The notes under the pieces were generated by a model that worked only from the letters and a program-made list of their open reading frames with translations, made no database searches and was not told where the DNA came from. 18,812 nucleotides of DNA from NCBI GenBank assembly GCA_977017575.1, contig CDRNVI010000116.1, positions 1 through 18,812 of the forward strand. The letters run 5' to 3'. The position numbers were made by a program, and so were the translations under genes. Source of the stretch: Paramoeba atlantica. Its lineage: Eukaryota; Protista; Discosea. Below, in pieces: positions 10,897-18,812 of this stretch. Each line of letters starts with the position of its first letter. The stretch's first letter is position 1.

Positions 10897-12369
10897 TTAA
10901 ATAAGTGATAAAATTGATAGATAAGTTACATTAAAAATTAAATCAGGATAAAAACCTAATAAAAAATTTAAAAAAATAAATGGTAATATTAAAAAGAATT
11001 CTCTTTTAGTAATATCTGAAAATTTTATAAATCATTTTTTATAATAAAAATTATTATAAATCATTATATTATAATTTTTTATTTCACCGAAAATTAATCT
11101 ATTATATAACCATATTGAATAAACAGCTGCAAAAACAACACTAGTAAATAATAATAATGAAATTTTTATATTTCATAAAAAAACTCCTATTAATATTAAA
11201 ATTTCACCAATAAAACCACTTGTTCCAGGGAAGCCCATATTACTTAAAGAAAAAATCATAAATATTACAGCAAATATAGGCATAACTTGTACTAAACCTC
11301 CATAATAATATAATATACGACTATGATAACGATCATATAAAACACCTATGCAAAAAAATAAAGAACTTGATATTATACCATGACTAATCATTAAGAATAA
11401 ACTACCTTGTAAACCTTCTAAATTATTAGCAAATAAACCTATTATTGCAAAATTCATATGTACAACAGATGAATATGCTATTATTTTTTTCAAATCTATT
11501 TGTCTAATTGTTACTAACGAACCGTATATAACACTAATTATACAAATAACTATAACTAAAGGTGAAAAAAATTTCATTCCATAAGGAAATAAAGGTAATA
11601 AAAATCTTAAAAAACCATAAGTACCTAATTTTAATAAAATACCAGCTAATAAGATAGAACCTGTTGTAGGTGCTTCGACATGAGCTTCTGGTAATCATAT
11701 ATGAAAAGGTATCATTGGTACTTTTATAGCAAATGCTATAAAAAAACCTAATCATAATATTAATTGTCGTTGATCAGAAAATTCAATATATTTAATTATA
11801 TTTCAATTTGTAGAACCTACATGTAAGTAAATTATTAAAAAAGATACTAACATAAATATTGATCCAAAAAAAGTATATAAAAAAAATTGATAAACAGCAT
11901 GAATTTTTCGTTGTCTTGAACCTCATATACCTATAATAAAAAACATAGGTATTAAAACACCTTCAAAAAATATATAAAAAAAAAATATATCTAAACAACA
12001 AAAAATACAAAAAACTAAAAATTCTAATATAAATAAAGTAATAGTAAAATCTTTATTACGATATTTCACACTTTCTCAATTTACTAATAACGAAATAGGT
12101 AAAAGTAAACTCATTAATAATATAAAAAAAATAGAAATACCATCTATACCTATACTAAAATCCATACCAGGATAATAACTAATACTTGATTGAAATTGAA
12201 TATACGAATAATATATATTAAAATTACCTAATAATTTAATACAATAAAAAAAAATTATTATACTAAATAATAAAGATAATTGTTTTAATAATATAATTTT
12301 TTTCTTAGGTATTAAACTTAAAATAAACGCAAAAAATAATGGTAAAAAAAGTAAAATTTTTAATAACAT
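10897..12369 (-). CDS. nad4: NADH dehydrogenase subunit 4 (490 aa, code 4)
   Basis: IDGISIFF, KVPMIPFHIWLPEAHVEAPT, KKIIAYSSVVHMN, SHGIISS, MGFPGTSGFIGE. Confidence 0.97.
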
Positions 12370-12402
12370 TCAAAATTTTTTATATTTTATTATTCTAAAA
12401 AA

Positions 12403-13389
12403 TTAAGGTAAAAAATCAAAACCAATCATTATACCTGCATAGAAAACTAATAAACCTAATGATAACGGTAAAAATACTTTTCAACCTAATATCATTAATT
12501 GATCATATCTATATCTAGGTAACATGGCTCTTATTACTATAAATAAAAATATCATTAAAACAATTTTTATTGTAAATCATACTATAGGCGGTAAAAAAAA
12601 ATTAAAATTAAAAGGTGGTAATCAACCTCCTAAAAATAAAATTACATTTAATGCACTCATTAATATAATATTAGCATATTCACCGATAAAAAAAAAAGCA
12701 AATCCTACTGATGAATATTCTACATTATAACCAGAAACTAATTCTGCTTCTGCCTCAGGTAAATCAAAAGGGTGTCTATTAGTTTCTGCAACAGAAGATA
12801 TAAAAAATAATAAAAATAAAGGAAAAAATGGTATAATAAATCAAATATCCTCTTGAGCTAATACTATATTACTTAAATTTAAAGAACCTACACCTATTAG
12901 AAGAGTTATTAATATTATACCTATAGATACTTCATAAGATATCATTTGTGCAGCAGATCTAAGAGCACCTAAAAATGCATATTTTGAATTACTAGCTCAA
13001 CCAGCTATAATAACACCATATACACTTAAAGAAGAAATACCCAAAATAAACAAAACTCCTATATTAATATTAGATATTACTACATTTTCATCAAAAGGTA
13101 TTAATATTCAATTTATTAAACTTAATAATAATGTTAATATTGGAGCTGCTATATACATTAAATAATTTGAATTTACCGGTATAACAGGTTCTTTTATCAT
13201 TAATTTTAAACCATCGGCAAAAGGTTGCAAAATACCTAAAAAACCTACTTTTATAGGACCTTGTCTTCGTTGTATATAACCCATAACTTTTCTTTCAAAA
13301 ACTGTAAAAATAGCTACAGTTACTAATACAGGTACTATTAAAATTAAATATTTTAATATTGTTATAATTAAAGTTAACAAAAAATTCAT
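12403..13389 (-). CDS. nad1: NADH dehydrogenase subunit 1 (328 aa, code 4)
   Basis: [60 protein letters not shown]. Confidence 0.97.
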
Positions 13390-13402
13390 ATTTTAAAATC
13401 TT

Positions 13403-15433
13403 TTAATGAAAATTATTATATATTTTTTTAGAATTAATTAAACAACTGTTTAAAATTTTTGATGATTGTAAAAATTTATTATTAGAATATATATTAGTCA
13501 TATTTTTATATAAATTTTTATTTTTCAAAACCATAATATTTTTATAATTTGATATTTCATTATTATTATATATATTTAATATAGTATTTATATTTATATT
13601 ATAAGAACTTAATAATAATCTAATATTACTAAAAGATAATTTCATAATCTTTTCATCACTAATAATTGTTTTAAATAATATATATAATATTTTTCAATCA
13701 TTTCTTGCATTCTTCGGCGGAAATAAAATAAATTTTGTCGATTGACAATAACCAAATATATTTATAAATAAACTTTTTTTTTCATAATGAGTTATTGATG
13801 GTAATAATAAATCATAATTATTAATTTCTTTTAATATAGGTAAATAACAACCTTGAAAAATATTATAATCACAATTATAATTTAAATAATTATAATTATA
13901 ATTATTTAAATTATATAAAATATTATTTTCTTTATAAATCATTTTTTTAAAACTATAATCATTAAATTTTACTAATGAATTAAATAAATTTAATTCATTA
14001 GCTATAATATTTATATTTAAATTATTTAAAAACCCTATATTAATACTTGATTCTAAATTTAAATTTTTCAATGTTGTAATTAAAAAATTAAATAAAGTAT
14101 TATCATTTAATAAAATTAAATTTTTAGATGCTTTTAATACAATATTATTTAATAAAGATTTTCCCTCTATAAATTTTTTTACTTCTAATAAATTAGATGA
14201 ATAATTTATATTTTTATAATTTTGATTATAAGAGGTCCCTATATTATAAATATTTAATAATTTTAAATCTTTAAATCGTTTTAACTTTATATTTAATAAA
14301 GGATATTCTAATCTAATATTTATATTAATTAATATAATATTTTTAAATTCATTTAATTCTTTATATATATTATAATCTAAAATATAATTTTTACGATTAT
14401 TTGAATTCCTAGTTAATTTTTTATAATTAATAGTAAATTCATGATTATTAAAATAATTTTTTCCTTTTTTTATTACTAAAGCAGTTTCACTATCTATATT
14501 ATCACCTATTAAAAAATGTAAATTACTATTTAAACATTTTTTTAATATTAAATTTAATACTTTTTCTCAACTATATATAATAAATTTATTTGCACCTTCC
14601 TTTTTTAAAGGATTAATTATTCGATTATTCTTTTGATTATCATAAGAAAAACGAGTTAGATCTGAGATTCAGATCTCATGTATATAATCATTAAATAAAG
14701 GTAAAACTCTTAATATTTCACTATCTCTAATATCTATTCTAATATTTATATGTAATAAATCATTAATATCTATAGTATTTCAAGAAATAAGTTCTCAAGG
14801 TCTAGAAATGAATGAATAAGGTTTAGAAGTTAAAGCACCTACAGGGCATAAATCAATTAAATTACCAGATAATTCCGAATTAATATTTTTTGATAAAAAA
14901 TTACTTATTTCTATATTTTGTCCTCGACCTATCAAACCAAAATATTTATAACCAATAAACTCATCTATAAAACGTATACATCTAGTACAATGAATACATC
15001 TTGTCATAATAGTTTTTATTAAAGGTCCACAATCTTTATCATTAACAGATCTTTTATTTTCATAAAATCTACCTCTATCATTACCAAAAATTAATGATTG
15101 ATCTTGTAAATCACATTCACCTCCTTGATCACAAATAGGACAATCTAATGGATGATTTAATAATAAAAATTCTAAAACACCTTCTCTAGCCTTTTTAACT
15201 AATTTAGTATTAGTTAATATATGCATATTATTATTTAAAGGGGATGCACAAGAAGCTATAGGTTTTATAGCTCCTTTTACTTCAACTAAACACATTCTAC
15301 AATTACCTGCTATAGATAATTGTTCATGATAACAAAATTTTGGTATATCTATATTAATCATATTACATAATTGTAATATAGTTTTCATATTATTATCTTT
15401 AACTGCAATATTATTTATTTTATAATTATTCAT
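13403..15433 (-). CDS. nad11: NADH dehydrogenase subunit 11 (75-kDa Fe-S subunit, NuoG homolog), 676 aa, unsplit
   Basis: Fe-S motifs [45 protein letters not shown]. The three track ORFs share one frame and are joined by TGA(Trp). Confidence 0.96.
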
Positions 15434-15434
15434 T

Positions 15435-16022
15435 TTATGGATTCTTTATAAACCTTTTATTTTGTTCAAAAATTACCTGTTCTTTTAGATAATATGTTCT
15501 TTTACATGTTAATATAATAACACCAATCATAGCTAATAATAATATAAGACTAAGTATTATAAATAATATATAATGCTTATCGTATAATATTAAAGATATC
15601 AAATTTAAATTTGATATATTATATAAAATATTATAATAATTTATATAATTATTATTGTTTGAGGAATCTATATTAAAAATTACATTAATCGGTATATAAT
15701 ATAAATAAATTAAAAATATTATTAATAAAGTTAATAATATAATACCTATCAAATATTTTATATTTAATTCATTCAATTCTATAACTTTTATATTTAACAT
15801 ATAAATAATAAATAAAAATAATACTGCTATTGCACCTATATAAACTATTAAAAACACCATAGACATAAATTCCAACTCCAACAATAATAATATAAAAACT
15901 ATATTACAAAAAACTAATATTAAATAAATAATAGAATGTAAAGGATTTTTAGAAATTATTACTAAAATAGCCGATACAATACTTATTATAAAAAAAAATA
16001 TATAAAATAAATTTTGATCCAT
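15435..16022 (-). CDS. nad6: NADH dehydrogenase subunit 6 (195 aa)
   Basis: [38 protein letters not shown]. Confidence 0.96.
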   Translation of the reverse strand: MDQNLFYIFFFIISIVSAILVIISKNPLHSIIYLILVFCNIVFILLLLELEFMSMVFLIVYIGAIAVLFLFIIYMLNIKVIELNELNIKYLIGIILLTLLIIFLIYLYYIPINVIFNIDSSNNNNYINYYNILYNISNLNLISLILYDKHYILFIILSLILLLAMIGVIILTCKRTYYLKEQVIFEQNKRFIKNP

Positions 16023-16039
16023 ATGTTTTAAAAAAAATT

Positions 16040-16910
16040 TTACTTATTTTTATATTTATTTATTAAAATTATAGCAATTAATATAAATAATAATTCACTA
16101 TTTAAATTATTTATAGGTAATATATAGAATATAATTAAACTAACAGATGAAATAATAAATAAGAACAAATAATTAAAAATATAACCTGTTGGGAAAAAAT
16201 ATTTATAATTAATACTTAAAGAATTTCATAATCTAACTAAACCTAAAGGCCCTATTAATTCTATAATACCTCTATCAATATTTTTAAATACTATATAGGA
16301 TAATTTAATAAAACCTCCTAAAATTATTTTATTATAAATAGTATCCACATACCATTTATAAGAAAAAAAACTTGCAATATTATTATATCTTTTAAAATAT
16401 AAATAATTATTACTTCTTAAAACTTTATATAAATAAGTATAATAATAATTTATTAAAAAAAATAATTATTATACCAGACATACTAAAAAAAAAAGGAATA
16501 TTTTTTATATATCAAGGTAAAAATTCTGATTCTAAAATTAAAATATTTCTAGTTGAAATTATATTTAATCAATTTAATCAAGTATCATTACCTAATCCTA
16601 TAAATAAATCTTTATTAATATAACCAAAAAATATACTATTTAAAGCTAATATAAATAAAGGTAAAGACATAAAAATATTAGATTCATGTATTAATTCAAA
16701 CATTTTTCTATAACCATTAGGTGATGTTATAAAAACATATACTAATAACCTAATACTATATAATGATGTAAACAAAGCTGCTATAACACTTAATCAATAA
16801 ATAAAAGAACTATCTATTATATATGATATATAAGTAATTTCAATTATAACATCTTTAGAATAAAACCCTGTTAAAAAAGGTATACCCATTAATGCTAAAG
16901 AACCTATTAT
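16040..16910 (-). CDS. nad5: NADH dehydrogenase subunit 5, 3' part only (5' part lost at the junction); +1 frameshift in a T8 run at ~16455-16462
   Basis: [49 protein letters not shown] at 16040. Confidence 0.94.
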
Positions 16911-17367
16911 TGCACTAAATGATAACTTATCTACTTTGGTTAATAATACGTGTAACGGTACGTTGCTATGCTGTGCCCATCTAATCATGTGTTGATCGGT
17001 TTTCTTTTAGTGGATGACGACAATCCATGAGTAACACTAATCCTCGCAAACATTGGCGATCAAGCAAATACTGTTGTAGTAATTGTTCCCAATTGGCTTT
17101 AATCGTTTGGCTGACTTTAGCGTAGCCATAACCAGGCAAATCAATCAAACGATTCGTATCATCTAAACAAAAAATATTAATTAATTGAGTGCGGCCTGGC
17201 GTTTTACTAATCCTGGCTAATTGCTTATGTTGGGTAATTGCATTTAATGCACTGGATTTTCCTGCATTTGACCGACCAACAAAGGCTACTTCAGCACCCT
17301 TATCTTCTGGTAACTGTGCTAAGTTGGCAGCACTGTGGGAAAAATAAATATTATGGTAATTGATCAT
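16911..17367 (-). CDS. engB: Bacterial ribosome-biogenesis GTPase EngB/YihA, C-terminus cut at the junction, +1 frameshift at ~17000-17003
   Basis: G1 GRSNAGKS, G2 SKTPGRT, G3 DLPGYG, G4 TKVDKL (after frame correction). Trp is encoded by TGG, consistent with the standard code. Confidence 0.95.
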
Positions 17368-17406
17368 CTATTATCGGCTCAATATATTTGTTATCCTCAT
17401 TGAACA

Positions 17407-17435
17407 TAGACTAACCTATATTTTTCAGTTATAAA
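17407..17435 (+). promoter_or_regulatory. Possible sigma70 promoter for dsbA-uvrD
   Basis: TAGACT-N17-TATAAA in the divergent engB/dsbA spacer. Such motifs are common by chance in AT-rich DNA. Confidence 0.3.
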
Positions 17436-17498
17436 AGCACATTGTGTTAGCCCATGCTAAGATTAACCTTGAATAAAATAACTGCGGAATCAAAAACT

Positions 17499-18274
17499 AT
17501 GTATTTATATACTCAAAGCGTTTTGAATGTAGGCGAGGCAGCAAGTCTTCAAATCAACAAGAGTGTATTGAAATACATGACTGTTGTGAGGAGGCGTAGC
17601 CAACGAAGACCTAAATTTAAAACGCGAAGAGTATACCAGCCACTACGCTATGTGATTAGCATCATTACACTGACAATCATAACTAACGCTTATGCTGCAC
17701 CGACGTTTATCGCTGGCAAAGATTATCGGGCACTATCACCTACTGCGCGTTCTGCTGCTGCTAATCTTGCACCTGATGCCACTGAACAACCCTACTGTTA
17801 TTGAATTCTTTAGTTATGGTTGCCCGGCATGTTATCGTTTAGAACCAGACATGAAAAAATGGGTTGCCGGTAAACCAGCTAATGTACACTTTCAACGGAT
17901 CCCAGTAACATTTCAACCTGGCTGGAACGAATATGCTAAAGCATATTATATTGCCGAATCATTAGGTATCTTAAACAAGATCACGCCTGCCATGTTTAAT
18001 GCTATTCATGTTAAACATGATAATCTCGCTCAAACAACTGCGCTAGCAAAATTGTTCGCTCAATACGGCGTTAGCCAAACTCAATTTAATGCTATTTTTT
18101 CAACAGTCACCAGCATTGACACTAGCCATAGCAAATGGTGATAAACTGATGCAACTATATGGCATTAATGCAGTGCCGACTATTATTGTGAATAACCACT
18201 ATGTAACATCTGCTGTAATGACAGGTGACTCAACTAAATTATTTCAAGTGATTGACTATTTAATTAAGAAATAA
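17499..18274 (+). CDS. dsbA: Periplasmic thiol:disulfide oxidoreductase DsbA, with an in-frame 42-codon element in the signal peptide and two +1 homopolymer frameshifts (~17790-17792, ~18095-18100)
   Basis: VIEFFSYGCPACY active site, RIPVTF, cis-Pro loop GINAVPTIIVN, signal peptidase site AYA-A. The three track ORFs join after removing one base at each site. Confidence 0.92.
17508..17635. mobile_element. 128-bp ERIC-like imperfect palindromic miniature element (MITE-like)
   Basis: Terminal inverted repeats TATACTC/GAGTATA with TA at both ends. Nested pairing: GCG/CGC, TTTTGAAT/ATTTAAAA, TAGG/CCTA, CAACA/TGTTG, TGTAT-tgaa-ATACA. Size and internal blocks (GGCAGCAAG, GAG..TGACT, GTGAG, GCCAACG) resemble ERIC as I recall it; not aligned. 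Confidence 0.82.
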
Positions 18275-18310
18275 ATTAATAAGTAACGCTATAACTTGCA
18301 CTTAAGAGTA

Positions 18311-18812
18311 ATGCAAATGACTGCTAATCTACACCATCCACTCATCGCAACACTAAACGATGCGCAGGCAGATGCAGTACGTGCCCCATTGGGAAAATTG
18401 TTAGTATTAGCCGGTGCAGGCAGTGGTAAAACCCGTGTATTAGTTCATCGTATCGCTTGGTTATTACAACATCACGATGCCTCTCCTTATAGTATTTTAG
18501 CCGTGACATTTACTAACAAAGCAGCCGGTGAAATGCGTGCACGTATTGAAGCATTGCTAGGACGCTCAATTGCCGGGATGTGGGTTGGCACCTTCCATAG
18601 CCTAGCACATCGCCTTTTACGCACACATTGGCGTGATGCTAATCTACCTGAACATTTCCAAATTCTCGACGCAGATGATCAACACCGTTTGATTAAACGT
18701 TTAATCAAAGAATTAGGCATTGACGACACTAAATTTGCACCGCGACAAGTACAATGGTACATCAATGCTAAAAAAGATGAAGGATTGCGTGCTCAACAAT
18801 TACAAGATGACG
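18311..18812 (+). CDS. uvrD: DNA helicase II (UvrD), 5' part
   Basis: LNDAQ, LVLAGAGSGKTRVLVHRIAWL, ILAVTFTNKAAGEM, WVGTFHSLAHRLLR, FQILDADDQ. Open to the window end. Confidence 0.95.
   Translation, partial: MQMTANLHHPLIATLNDAQADAVRAPLGKLLVLAGAGSGKTRVLVHRIAWLLQHHDASPYSILAVTFTNKAAGEMRARIEALLGRSIAGMWVGTFHSLAHRLLRTHWRDANLPEHFQILDADDQHRLIKRLIKELGIDDTKFAPRQVQWYINAKKDEGLRAQQLQDD

Noticed and set aside
11534-11755. 73-aa minus-strand ORF in an alternative frame
   Set aside because: It lies within nad4, whose own frame is continuous under code 4.
12524-12730. 68-aa plus-strand ORF
   Set aside because: Antisense shadow of nad1.
14658-14676. Perfect inverted repeat AGATCTGA-gat-TCAGATCT in nad11
   Set aside because: Single copy, within conserved coding sequence (EIWISDL). 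Compatible with chance.
4554-15433. Pseudogenes or a nuclear mtDNA copy, suggested by fragmented ORFs
   Set aside because: The breaks are TGA codons at Trp positions. Gene lengths and frames are intact and a tRNA-Trp(UCA) is present.
16794-16988. 64-aa EngB/Nad5 hybrid ORF as a real protein
   Set aside because: It results from the junction plus an engB frameshift, and both parents are truncated. Kept only as a junction finding.
17454-17498. Upstream ATG at 17454 as the dsbA start
   Set aside because: The empty-site reconstruction from ATG 17499 gives a normal-length signal peptide with a GGA-type ribosome site upstream. The 17454 start cannot be fully excluded.
18275-18310. LexA box upstream of uvrD
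   Set aside because: No CTGT-N8-ACAG-like site is visible.

Overview
The window joins two genomes at about nt 16910. Nt 1 to ~16910 is a compact, very AT-rich protist mitochondrial genome with every gene on the minus strand and UGA read as Trp, so the supplied ORF track breaks up most genes. In transcription order it runs nad5(3' part)-nad6-nad11-nad1-nad4-nad2-rps2-rps4-atp1-cox2-cox3-cox1-11 tRNAs-trnL-trnM-atp9-trnR-trnY-rnl(5' part). Eleven of the 15 tRNA genes have acceptor-stem mismatches at positions 1-3, the signature of 5' tRNA editing. Together with nad11, atp1, rps2, rps4 and a Cox1 lacking its usual C-terminal motif, this points to an amoebozoan (inference). Nt ~16911-18812 is gammaproteobacterial DNA of higher GC: engB divergent from dsbA-uvrD, tentatively a Legionellales/Coxiellaceae-like amoeba associate. 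The junction fuses truncated engB in frame to truncated nad5 and is most likely a chimeric read or misassembly. Five +1 homopolymer frameshifts also suggest low-coverage consensus. The most unusual observation is a 128-bp ERIC-like palindromic element (TATACTC...GAGTATA) inserted in frame and stop-free into the signal peptide of dsbA. All translation and folding was done by eye; no searches were run.
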